A stretch of DNA of 13,466 bases from an uncultured Oscillospiraceae bacterium (lineage in GTDB: Bacteria; Bacillota; Clostridia; Oscillospirales; Oscillospiraceae): the NCBI GenBank assembly GCA_964601435.1, contig CAZRNK010000026.1:1-13466 (forward strand). The letters are read 5' to 3'. Position numbers and translations under genes: made by a program. Every line of letters starts with the position of its first letter. Within the stretch, counting starts at the first letter, position 1. The notes under the pieces were generated by a model. The model searched no databases. It had not been told where the DNA came from and worked only from the letters and a program-made list of their open reading frames with translations. Shown piece after piece: positions 5,455 to 13,466 of this stretch.

Positions 5455-6544
5455 AATTCTGCACGCAGCGGATTTGCACCTGGACTCCCCCTTTGAGGCG
5501 CTGACGGACGCCCAGGCCGTCCAGCGCAGGGAGGAGCAGCGCGCCCTTCTGGACGCCCTGGCGGACAAGGCCCAGGAGCAGCAGGTGGACGCCGTGGTGC
5601 TGGCGGGGGATTTGCTGGACACGGGGAGCGCCTATCTGGAGACGGCGGAGCGCCTGGCGTCCTTTTTCCGCCGGTGCGCCGCGCCGGTGTTTGTCGCCCC
5701 GGGCAACCACGACTACTACTCCCCCCACTCCCCCTATGCCCGGATGGATTTGCCGGCGGACGTGCATATTTTCCGCTCTGCCGCCATCGAGGCGGTGGCG
5801 CTGCCGGAAAAGGGGCTGCGCGTCTGGGGAGGTGCATTTACAGACAGCCAAAGCGGCCCCCTGCTCCGGGGATTTTCCGTGGAAAAGGAGCCGGGGACGC
5901 TGGATGTCCTGGTCCTCCACGGGGAGGTGGGCGCGCCCGCTTCCGTTTATAATCCCATTTCGGAGGCGGAGATTGCCGCAAGCGGCATGGACTATATCGC
6001 CCTGGGCCACAATCATACATACAGCGGCCTGCGCCGGGCGGGGCAGACCTTTTTCGCCTGGCCCGGCTGCACCGAGGGCCGGGGCTTCGATGAGACGGGG
6101 GAAAAGGGCGCCCTGCTGGTGACGCTGGAGGCGGGGCGCTGCCAGGCGGAATTTTTGCCCCTGGGCCAGCGGCGCTATGAAATTGTGGAAGTGGATGTGA
6201 CAGAGGCAGACGACATCCTCCCAGCGGTGGATGCCGCCCTGCCCGGCGCGTCCAGCCGGGACATCTGCCGCATTGTTTTAACCGGGGAGACGGAGACCCC
6301 GCCGGACTTGCCCGCCCTGGCGCGGGCGCTGGAGGGGCGGTTTTTCTCCCTCCAGCTCCGGGACAAGACCCGGCTGCGCCGGCCCCTGTGGGCCCAGGCG
6401 GGGGAGGACACCCTCCGGGGGCTGTTCCTGGCCCGGCTCCGGCAGCGCTATGAGGCAGCGGAGACGCCCCAGGAGCGGGAAGCAGCGCTCCAGGCCGCCC
6501 GGTGGGGCATCCAGGCCCTGGATAACGGGGAGGAACTGCTATGA
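5444..6544 (+). CDS. yhaO: SbcD-like DNA repair exonuclease (calcineurin-like metallophosphoesterase, YhaO/SbcF family), 366 aa
   Basis: MSIKILHAADLHLDSPF is the typical Mre11/SbcD motif I, and the GNHD and HGE motifs (GNHDYY, VLHGEVG) are present. The RBS GGAGG is upstream. The start ATGTCTATTAA overlaps the ymdB stop by 11 nt. The upstream extension in the ORF track (5300-5443) is not supported. Confidence 0.8.
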   Translation: MSIKILHAADLHLDSPFEALTDAQAVQRREEQRALLDALADKAQEQQVDAVVLAGDLLDTGSAYLETAERLASFFRRCAAPVFVAPGNHDYYSPHSPYARMDLPADVHIFRSAAIEAVALPEKGLRVWGGAFTDSQSGPLLRGFSVEKEPGTLDVLVLHGEVGAPASVYNPISEAEIAASGMDYIALGHNHTYSGLRRAGQTFFAWPGCTEGRGFDETGEKGALLVTLEAGRCQAEFLPLGQRRYEIVEVDVTEADDILPAVDAALPGASSRDICRIVLTGETETPPDLPALARALEGRFFSLQLRDKTRLRRPLWAQAGEDTLRGLFLARLRQRYEAAETPQEREAALQAARWGIQALDNGEELL

Positions 6545-8502
6545 AAATCCTGCGCCTGAAGGCGACATTTGGACAACTGGAAAATGCCGAGCTGGCGCTG
6601 CAGGAGGGCCTGAGCATCCTGGAGCTGCCCAACGAGGGGGGCAAGAGCACATGGTGCGCCTTCATCCAGGCCATGCTCTACGGCATTGACACCGGCGCCC
6701 GGGAGAAAAAGGGCGTCAAGCCGGACAAAGTGAAATATGCGCCCTGGTCCGGCTCCCTCATGGCCGGGGAGATGGACATTCTCTGGGGGGAGAAGGCCGT
6801 TACCATCCGGCGCTGGAGCCGGAACGCATCGGGGCCCATGCGGGAGTTCGCCGCTGTATACACCGGGACGGAGGAGCCGGTGCCCGGCCTGACGGCCGCC
6901 ACGGTGGGGGAGACGCTCACCGGGGCCAGCCGGGAGGTCTTTGCCCGCAGCGCCTTCATCCGCCAGGGGGGCATGGCTGTGGGTAGCAGCCCGGAGCTGG
7001 AGCGGCGCATAGCCGCCCTGGTGTCCACCGGGGAGGAGAGCGCCTCCTATACCGAGGCGGACGCGCAGCTCCGCTCCTGGCTCCGGAAACGGCGGTTCAA
7101 CAAGCATGGCGCCCTCCCGGAGACGGAGGAAAAGCTCCGCACCGTACAGGAGAAGCTGGACGCCCTCCGGGACTCGGAGGCGGAGCTGACCCGGCTGGAG
7201 ACGGAGCTGGAGGCCGCCGAGGCGCGGCAGAAGGCCCTCACGCCCCAGGTGAGCGCCGCCCGGGCCCGGGAGCGGCGGGAGGCCCTGAACCGGTTGACGA
7301 AAAACAAGCGTGAGCTGCGCGCTGCCGAGCAGCGCTATGCCGCCGCCTGCCAGGCGGAGGAGCGCCTGGGGGAAAAGCGGGACGCCTTCATTTTTGCCGG
7401 CAAGACCCCGGAGGCGGCCCGTCAGGAGGCGGCGGACGCGGCGGCGGAGGCGCTCCGGCTGGAGGCCGCCGCGGCGAAGAAGGGGAGCCCTGTGCCCGGG
7501 TGGATATGCCTGGCTCTGGCCGCGGCGGCGCTGCTCCTCGCCCTGGGGTGGCCCATGCCTTTTCCCCTCCAGGTGGGGCTCGTTGCAGTGGGGGGCGCCG
7601 CAGCGCTGGCTGCCGCAGTGCTCTTTTTCCTCTGGCGGCGCGCCGCCGGCGCAGCGGCTGCGGCGGCAGCGGAGCGGACGGGAATCCTGCAGCACTACGG
7701 TGTGGCGGAGGCGGATTTGATTTCTGTGCTGGCGGAGAGCTATGCCCGCTCCTGCCTGGACTGGGAGAGTGCCCGGCGGGAGCGGACCCAGGCCGCCGCC
7801 GCCCTGGAGGCGCAGCAGGCGCAGCAGGCACAGCAGGACGAGGCGCTGCTGGGGGACCTGGACTTCGCCGGCGGAACCGGCGAGGCCGCCCGGCTGGGCC
7901 GGGAGCTCTCCGCCGTCCAGGGCAGAGCCGCCGCCCTGCGGGAGGATTTGGCCCGGCTGCGGGGGCGCTTTGCTACCCTGGGAGACCCCATGGTGCTCAA
8001 AACTGAGCTGGGCTCCCTGGAGGAGCGGCGGCGCACCCTTCAGGCGCAGTACGATGCCCTGGAGCTGGCCATTGCCACCCTGGCGGAGGCCAACGGGGAA
8101 ATTCAGACCCGGTTTTCTCCCCGGCTCAGCGCCCTGGCTTCGTCCTATATGGAGGCCCTCACAGGGGGGCGCTACCGCGCCCTGCGCTTTGACAGGGATT
8201 TCTCCGCCACGGCCCAGCGGCTGGAGGATACGGTGCCCCGGGAGAGCGCCTTTTTCAGCACCGGGACGCTGGACCAGGCGTATCTGGCCCTGCGGCTGTC
8301 GGTGTGCGACTTGGCCCTGGGTACGGGGGACTGCCCCCTGATTCTGGACGATGCCCTGGTAAACTTCGACGACGAACGCCTCGCCTGCGCCCTGCGGGTG
8401 CTCGCCGATACTGCGCAGCGCCGGCAGGTGCTCCTGTTTACCTGCAGCGGCCGGGAGCGCGCCTGCCTGCAGGCACTTGGCCTGGGGGAACAGAAACAAT
8501 AA
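6541..8502 (+). CDS. yhaN: SbcC/SMC-like AAA ATPase of the YhaN (SbcE) family, 653 aa. It has an N-terminal Walker A, a long Ala/Glu/Arg-rich coiled coil interrupted by a predicted TM hairpin, and a C-terminal signature/Walker B.
   Basis: The N-terminus MKILRLKATFGQLENAELALQEGLSILELPNEGGKSTWCAFIQAMLYGI matches the YhaN-family start with Walker A GxxxxGKST. The C-terminus carries TGTLDQAYLALRL and LILDDALVNFDDERL (D-loop/Walker B). The ATGA start/stop overlap with yhaO indicates translational coupling. Confidence 0.8.
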   Translation: MKILRLKATFGQLENAELALQEGLSILELPNEGGKSTWCAFIQAMLYGIDTGAREKKGVKPDKVKYAPWSGSLMAGEMDILWGEKAVTIRRWSRNASGPMREFAAVYTGTEEPVPGLTAATVGETLTGASREVFARSAFIRQGGMAVGSSPELERRIAALVSTGEESASYTEADAQLRSWLRKRRFNKHGALPETEEKLRTVQEKLDALRDSEAELTRLETELEAAEARQKALTPQVSAARARERREALNRLTKNKRELRAAEQRYAAACQAEERLGEKRDAFIFAGKTPEAARQEAADAAAEALRLEAAAAKKGSPVPGWICLALAAAALLLALGWPMPFPLQVGLVAVGGAAALAAAVLFFLWRRAAGAAAAAAAERTGILQHYGVAEADLISVLAESYARSCLDWESARRERTQAAAALEAQQAQQAQQDEALLGDLDFAGGTGEAARLGRELSAVQGRAAALREDLARLRGRFATLGDPMVLKTELGSLEERRRTLQAQYDALELAIATLAEANGEIQTRFSPRLSALASSYMEALTGGRYRALRFDRDFSATAQRLEDTVPRESAFFSTGTLDQAYLALRLSVCDLALGTGDCPLILDDALVNFDDERLACALRVLADTAQRRQVLLFTCSGRERACLQALGLGEQKQ

Positions 8503-8511
8503 AATTTACAG

Positions 8512-8553
8512 ACCATACACAATTTTGCATGAGTGCCTGTGGTATGGTAGAAC
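8512..8553 (+). promoter_or_regulatory. Candidate promoter/operator upstream of the DtxR-family gene: imperfect inverted repeat accatacaca...tgtggtatggt flanking a -35 TTGCAT (8525-8530), with a possible -10 TAGAAC (8548-8553)
   Basis: The arms are 10-11 bp and differ by a single-base insertion; the spacing is 17 bp. It lies in the 83-bp gap between yhaN and the regulator gene. No hairpin-plus-T-tract terminator is present in this gap. Confidence 0.3.
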
Positions 8554-8585
8554 AGGTGTGCAAGAGAAAAAAGGAGGAAAGGGAA

Positions 8586-8954
8586 ATGCTAGGAGAATCC
8601 GGCGAAAACTATCTGGAAGCAATCCTGATTTTAAAGGAGACCCAGGGGCTGGTCCGCTCCATCGACGTGGCGGGGTTCCTGGGGGTGACCAAGCCCAGCG
8701 TCAGCCGGGCGATCTCCATCCTCAAAGGGCAGAACCTGGTGGAGATGGCCCCCAGCGGCGAGCTGACCCTCACCGACGAGGGCTATGCCATTGCCAGCAG
8801 CGTCTATGACCGCCACAAGGTGCTCACAGAGTTCCTGGTGGCCCTGGGGGTGGACCGGGACATCGCGGCGGAGGACGCCTGCCGCATGGAGCATGTCATC
8901 AGCCAGGAGAGCTTCGAGCGCCTGAAGCAGTACGCCCAGGAGCGGATGGCATAA
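8586..8954 (+). CDS. Metal-dependent transcriptional repressor, DtxR/MntR family, 122 aa
   Basis: MLGESGENYLEAILIL... has the N-terminal winged-HTH and the ENYLE start typical of MntR/DtxR, and an RH..LTEFL...GV...A...EH motif in the dimerisation/metal region. A strong RBS AGGAGG lies 8 nt upstream of the ATG at 8586. The ORF-track extension to 8304 overlaps yhaN and is rejected. Confidence 0.8.
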   Translation: MLGESGENYLEAILILKETQGLVRSIDVAGFLGVTKPSVSRAISILKGQNLVEMAPSGELTLTDEGYAIASSVYDRHKVLTEFLVALGVDRDIAAEDACRMEHVISQESFERLKQYAQERMA

Positions 8955-9007
8955 AAGCCGCATCTCGCACTTTTTCACGACAGCGCCGCGGGCGCATGGA
9001 GGTTCCT

Positions 9008-9880
9008 ATGAAACAAACTGCACGTACCCGGCGCTGGCCCATCCGCTGCGCCCTGGCCTGTACCCTGGCCGCCGTAATTTTGCTGGCGGTTACCGGCTTT
9101 GCCTTTATCCGTATTATCCAGGGGCCGGAGGCAATCCTGGATTTGCGCGACGCGGAGGCCGGGGACTATGTGGCCATGGAAGTGCCGCTGATTTACGGCT
9201 TCTACGCGGAGGAATGCGCCTCCCAGGAGGGGGACGCCACTGCCTGGCTGGCCTTTGTTCCCAATGGGGACGGCTTTGCCACCGTCATTCTCCCGGAGCG
9301 GTATTTTGACTCGTCTCAGTCTGTCCTGGATGAGACGTATGCAATCTTAAATGGGGAGCAGGACAGCCTGGAGCACTATATCCTGGTCACGGGTACGGTG
9401 GAAGAGCTGAGCGAGGAGGCCCAGACCTATTTATATGAGTGGTTCGGCCTGAATATGGAGTGGATGCAGGAGGCGGGGCTCGTCGGCGAGGTGGAAGACT
9501 ATGCCGATGTTTTGTCCATTATGGCCCTCCGGGTGGATACCATCGGCCATCTGCCGGCGGTGTGGGTCTATGTCCTGAGCTCTGCCGCCTGGCTGTGCCT
9601 CATGGTGGCGGTGGTGATTTTCCTCCTCTGGAGCCTGGGCAAGTTTGACGCAAGGCCCCCGCGCCCGGAGGCCGGCGTGGGAGACGCCCCTGCCGGCAGC
9701 ATGCCGGGCCTGGAGGAGCTGCTCCAGGAGGAAAATGCCGGCGGCGCATCGCCGGAGACGGCGGAGGAGACGGCGGCACCCGATGGGGCCGGGGAGGGCA
9801 AAGCGGACCCGGCGGAGGCGGCCGGGGAAGCGCCCGGCCCGGAGATACCGGAGAAGGAGGAAGGAGAGGCGGATGCTTGA
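9008..9880 (+). CDS. Hypothetical membrane protein, 290 aa: N-terminal TM helix, central domain of unknown function, second TM helix, then an acidic Pro/Ala/Glu-rich C-terminal tail
   Basis: The start is taken at MKQTAR, with GGAGG 5 nt upstream (the ATG at 8996 lies inside that RBS). The hydrophobic segments are IRCALACTLAAVILLAVTGFAFI and VWVYVLSSAAWLCLMVAVVIFLLW. No family is recognised. The stop overlaps the next gene's start (ATGCTTGA). Confidence 0.55.
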   Translation: MKQTARTRRWPIRCALACTLAAVILLAVTGFAFIRIIQGPEAILDLRDAEAGDYVAMEVPLIYGFYAEECASQEGDATAWLAFVPNGDGFATVILPERYFDSSQSVLDETYAILNGEQDSLEHYILVTGTVEELSEEAQTYLYEWFGLNMEWMQEAGLVGEVEDYADVLSIMALRVDTIGHLPAVWVYVLSSAAWLCLMVAVVIFLLWSLGKFDARPPRPEAGVGDAPAGSMPGLEELLQEENAGGASPETAEETAAPDGAGEGKADPAEAAGEAPGPEIPEKEEGEADA

Positions 9881-10985
9881 GCTGTGTATCCCCTGCCTGT
9901 TTGGGCTGGAGGGATTGGTGGCCCGGGAACTGCGGCGCCTGGGGATGCAGGCGGTCCGCGCAGAAAACGGGCGCGTCCATTTTCAGGGTACAGAGTTGGA
10001 CATTGCCCGGGCCAACATCTCTTCCCGCTTTGGCGAACGGGTGCTCCTCACCATGGGCAGCTTCCCGGCACAAAGCTTCGACGCCCTTTTTGAGCAGGTG
10101 AAGGCCCTGCCCTGGGAGCGGTTTTTGCGCCGCAACAGCGCCTTTCCTGTAAAAGGGCACTGCCTGGACAGCACCCTCCACTCCGTTCCGGACTGCCAGC
10201 GGATTATCAAAAAGGCGGTGGCGGAGCGCCTGGGACAGGCCTATGGCCTGGGTTGGCTGCCGGAGGACGAGGAGACCTGCCAGATTCAGTTCTCCATTCA
10301 GAAGGATACAGCGGCGCTGTACCTGGACACCAGCGGCGCCGGCCTCCACAAGCGGGGCTATCGCCCGGCCCAGGGCCGGGCACCCCTGCGGGAGACCCTG
10401 GCGGCGGCCATGGTGGAAATTGCCCGCTATCGGGGGCGGGAAGTGTTCTGGGATGTCTTCTGCGGCAGCGGCACCATCCCCATCGAGGCGGCCCTGATGG
10501 CCAAAAACCGGGCCCCCGGCCTGTACCGGGACTTCGCCGCCTGCCACTGGGAGAGCCTGCCGCGGGGCATCTGGGCCCGGGCCCGGGAAGAGGCCCGGGG
10601 TCGGGAGTTTCACGGGGACTACCGCATCTATGGCTCGGATGTGGACGCCGCAGTGCTGGAGCTGGCCCGGGACAATGCCCGCCGGGCCGGGGTGGAGGAA
10701 GTGATTGGATTCCGGCAGGCGGACGCCTGCGCTTTTCACCCGGCGGAGGAGACGGGCATTGTCGTGACCAATCCCCCCTATGGGGAGCGGCTCCTGGAAA
10801 AGAAGGAGGCGGAGGCCCTCTACCGCAGCTTCGGCGCGGTTGCCCGGTCCCTGCCGGGCTGGCAGTTTTATATCCTCTCGGCCCATACGGAGTTTGAGCG
10901 CGCCTTTGGCCGGCCGGCGGACAAGAAGCGAAAGCTCTATAACGGCCGGCTCCGGTGCGATTTGTTTCAGTATACCCATAAATAA
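9873..10985 (+). CDS. THUMP-domain class I SAM-dependent RNA methyltransferase (RlmL/RlmK/YpsC-like, COG0116-type), 370 aa
   Basis: The N-terminal THUMP-like region is MLELCIPCLFGLEGLVARELRRLG..., followed by SAM-binding motif I VFWDVFCGSGTIPIEAA and the catalytic motif IV IVVTNPPYGERL (NPPY). The RBS GAAGGAGG is upstream. Confidence 0.8.
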   Translation: MLELCIPCLFGLEGLVARELRRLGMQAVRAENGRVHFQGTELDIARANISSRFGERVLLTMGSFPAQSFDALFEQVKALPWERFLRRNSAFPVKGHCLDSTLHSVPDCQRIIKKAVAERLGQAYGLGWLPEDEETCQIQFSIQKDTAALYLDTSGAGLHKRGYRPAQGRAPLRETLAAAMVEIARYRGREVFWDVFCGSGTIPIEAALMAKNRAPGLYRDFAACHWESLPRGIWARAREEARGREFHGDYRIYGSDVDAAVLELARDNARRAGVEEVIGFRQADACAFHPAEETGIVVTNPPYGERLLEKKEAEALYRSFGAVARSLPGWQFYILSAHTEFERAFGRPADKKRKLYNGRLRCDLFQYTHK

Positions 10986-11022
10986 CAGCCCCTGGCCCCC
11001 CTGTAGGGGCCGGGCCAGCTTG

Positions 11023-11052
11023 TCGAAAAAGTCCCGGCCGGGACTTTTTCGA
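11023..11052. terminator. Perfect 30-bp palindrome tcgaaaaagtcccggccgggactttttcga: a GC stem with an A-tract and a T-tract, a bidirectional intrinsic-terminator-like element downstream of the methyltransferase gene. A second GC hairpin precedes it at 10993-11019.
   Basis: The stem is gtcccgg/ccgggac, flanked by aaaaa and ttttt. It lies 38 bp after the stop at 10985. Confidence 0.6.
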
Positions 11053-11067
11053 CTGCGCTTTACCGCT

Positions 11068-11119
11068 GGGCATTTTGAAGGACAAAATGCCCCATCCCCC
11101 GTTTCAGGGGAATTTTTTT
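11068..11119 (+). other. Additional 10-bp perfect stem hairpin gggcattttg-aagga-caaaatgccc (11068-11092), followed by a short GC hairpin and a T7 tract (11097-11119), in the 5' region of the lipid-kinase gene
   Basis: The structure can be read directly in the sequence. Whether it is a second terminator or a leader structure is unclear. Confidence 0.3.
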
Positions 11120-11144
11120 GCAGGGGAAGAAGGTAGGATGGTAT

Positions 11145-12110
11145 ATGCGGCACCTGTTCATTGTAAACCCGGTGGCAGGCGGAAAAGACAAGACGGCGGA
11201 GATTTCCGCCCAGGTGGAGGCCCTCTTTGCCAACCGGGCGGAGCCCTATGAAGTCTATGTGACACGCGCGCCCCGGGACGCCTGTGACAAAGTGCGCGCA
11301 GCGGCGGAGGAGGAAACACCGCTGCGGGTGTATGCCTGCGGCGGGGACGGAACCCTCAACGAGTGCGTCAGCGGCGCAGTGGGGCTGCGCCATGTGTCTG
11401 TGACCCAGTACCCCTGTGGCACTGGCAATGACTTTGCCAAGCTCTTTGGCAAGGAGAAGGGCCGGTTTCTGCACCTGGAGGAGCTGGTGGAGGGAGAAGT
11501 GCGGCCTCTGGATGTCATGAGCTGCAATGAGCGCTGCTGCGTCAATATCTGCTCTGTGGGGGTGGATGCCCGGATTGGCACCCAGGTCCACCAATACAGC
11601 AACCTGCCCCTCCTGGGCGGCGTGGGAGGCTACCTGGTCTCCCTGGTGGTGAATGTGGTGCGGGGGATTACCCAGAAATTCAAAATTTCCGCCTGCGGCC
11701 AGGAATTTGACGGGGATTTTACCCTGGTCTGCGTCTGTAATGGGCAGTATTACGGCGGCTTTTTCCGGCCGGTTACCTTTGCCCGGCCGGACGATGGACT
11801 TCTGGATATTCTGGTGGTAAAAGAAGTGACGCGGCGCACCTTTTTCCGCCTTGTAGCCCGCTATGCAAAGGGGGAATTTCAGAAGTTCCCCAAGTATATT
11901 ACCCATCTCCGGGGGCGGGAGCTACACCTGGAGAGCGAGGAGCCTTTCGTCATTAATCTGGACGGGGAAGCTATCTTCGACAAAACCCTGGATTTGCGCC
12001 TGCTGCCGGGGGCGGTGAACTTTGTTTTTCCAAAAGGACTGGCGTTTTTTGAAAATGAAAAGGAGGAACACGAAGGAAATCGAAGTAAATGGGAGATTTC
12101 CGTAACATAA
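11145..12110 (+). CDS. Diacylglycerol kinase catalytic-domain family lipid kinase (YegS/BmrU/DagK family), 321 aa
   Basis: MRHLFIVNPVAGG, the GGDGT motif (YACGGDGTLNE) and the PCGTGNDFA motif are typical of the DAGK_cat family. The first ATG is at 11145; the ORF-track start at 11118 is a TTG. Confidence 0.8.
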   Translation: MRHLFIVNPVAGGKDKTAEISAQVEALFANRAEPYEVYVTRAPRDACDKVRAAAEEETPLRVYACGGDGTLNECVSGAVGLRHVSVTQYPCGTGNDFAKLFGKEKGRFLHLEELVEGEVRPLDVMSCNERCCVNICSVGVDARIGTQVHQYSNLPLLGGVGGYLVSLVVNVVRGITQKFKISACGQEFDGDFTLVCVCNGQYYGGFFRPVTFARPDDGLLDILVVKEVTRRTFFRLVARYAKGEFQKFPKYITHLRGRELHLESEEPFVINLDGEAIFDKTLDLRLLPGAVNFVFPKGLAFFENEKEEHEGNRSKWEISVT

Positions 12111-12177
12111 TAGGCCATATTTTTAAAATAAACCGTTTTTTCTTCGAATATCTTTCGAATTTCTGGGAATTTCCGGG

Positions 12178-12206
12178 TTGCGAAATGGGTATACTTAGAC
12201 TATTAT
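12178..12206 (+). promoter_or_regulatory. Sigma-A promoter of groESL: -35 TTGCGA (12178-12183), 17-bp spacer, -10 TATTAT (12201-12206)
   Basis: It lies in an AT-rich intergenic region about 75 bp upstream of the groES ATG, immediately upstream of CIRCE. Confidence 0.6.
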
Positions 12207-12216
12207 AATAAGTGCG

Positions 12217-12243
12217 TTAGCACTCAGGAGCAAAGAGTGCTAA
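12217..12243. promoter_or_regulatory. CIRCE operator (HrcA binding site), TTAGCACTC-N9-GAGTGCTAA, a perfect match to the consensus
   Basis: The exact 9-bp inverted repeat with a 9-bp spacer lies between the promoter and the groES RBS, which is the canonical arrangement in Firmicutes. Confidence 0.95.
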
Positions 12244-12280
12244 AACATAAAGTTGTAAAAAAATTTAGGAGGCATATACA

Positions 12281-12565
12281 ATGAATCTGAAACCGTTGGC
12301 AGACAGAGTTGTCCTCAAGCAGGTAAAGGCCGAGGAAAAGACCAAGAGCGGCATTATCCTCTCCTCCGCCGCCCAGGAGAAGCCGGAAATCTACGAAGTC
12401 GTAGTCGTGGGCCCCGGCGGCGTGGTGGATGGCAACGAGGTCGTCATGGAAGTAAAAGCCGGGGATAAAATCCTCATGAACAAGTACAGCGGAACCACTG
12501 TGAAGGTGGATGGCGAAGAGCTGGTTATCGTCCGCCAGGGCGATATTCTGGCCATCGTGGAATAA
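12281..12565 (+). CDS. groES: Co-chaperonin GroES, 94 aa
   Basis: MNLKPLADRVVLK...GDILAIVE is unmistakable Cpn10. The RBS AGGAGG is upstream. Confidence 0.97.
   Translation: MNLKPLADRVVLKQVKAEEKTKSGIILSSAAQEKPEIYEVVVVGPGGVVDGNEVVMEVKAGDKILMNKYSGTTVKVDGEELVIVRQGDILAIVE

Positions 12566-13466
<901 letters not shown>

Noticed and set aside
4765-5622. 285-aa minus-strand ORF
   Set aside because: It is antisense to ymdB/yhaO. Its composition is Ala/Arg/Gly-rich with no signals.
7809-7838. Short CAG-containing repeat (gcgcagcag x3) considered as a microsatellite or mobile-element fragment
   Set aside because: It simply encodes QQAQQAQQ within the YhaN coiled coil. There are no flanking repeats or transposase.
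6448-8499. 683-aa minus-strand ORF
   Set aside because: It is exactly antisense to the yhaN-like gene, which has Walker A/B motifs and family-typical termini. The translation is extremely Gly/Pro/Arg/Leu-rich, so it is a GC-driven artefact.
8304-8585. Upstream extension of the DtxR-family ORF (216 aa in the ORF track)
   Set aside because: It overlaps the 3' end of yhaN. The conserved repressor N-terminus and a strong AGGAGG RBS begin at 8586.
9600-11906. 768-aa minus-strand ORF
   Set aside because: It runs antisense through the methyltransferase gene, the terminator-rich intergenic region and the lipid-kinase gene. It is Pro/Gly/Arg/Ala-rich with no domain signature, so it is a GC artefact.
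12111-12177. Direct ttcgaat repeats and a ggaatttcc near-palindrome downstream of the lipid-kinase gene, considered as an additional operator
   Set aside because: They are short and AT-rich, with no supporting consensus I can name. More likely they are just the AT-rich spacer preceding the groESL promoter.

Overview
This is a high-GC Firmicutes-type chromosomal window. The assignment rests on the CIRCE/HrcA element, AGGAGG-type ribosome binding sites, and GroES/GroEL, NfeD-FloT, YmdB and YhaO/YhaN homologues; it looks most like a Clostridia/Oscillospiraceae-like genome, but that is inferred from composition and protein similarity only. From left to right: (1) convergent terminator hairpins at 1-117. 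(2) A six-gene minus-strand operon read from a near-consensus sigma-A promoter at 4502-4530 that carries a perfect 16-bp palindrome: DUF1836-like HTH protein, two tandem paralogous 72/77-aa tail-anchored membrane proteins, a DUF4003-like protein, NfeD and the flotillin FloT. (3) A divergent plus-strand operon of ymdB, yhaO(sbcF)-like and yhaN(sbcE)-like genes with overlapping start and stop codons; the YhaN-like ATPase has a transmembrane hairpin where an SbcC zinc hook would be. (4) A DtxR/MntR-family repressor, then a two-TM membrane protein with an acidic tail translationally coupled to a THUMP/RlmL-family RNA methyltransferase, then a palindromic terminator. (5) A YegS/DagK-family lipid kinase. 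(6) A textbook groES-groEL locus (groEL truncated by the window end) with a sigma-A promoter and a perfect CIRCE operator. No rRNA, tRNA, CRISPR array or mobile element was recognised. Several long ORFs on the opposite strand are GC-rich antisense artefacts. The most interesting candidate for an undescribed system is the four-gene extension upstream of the canonical nfeD-floT pair.
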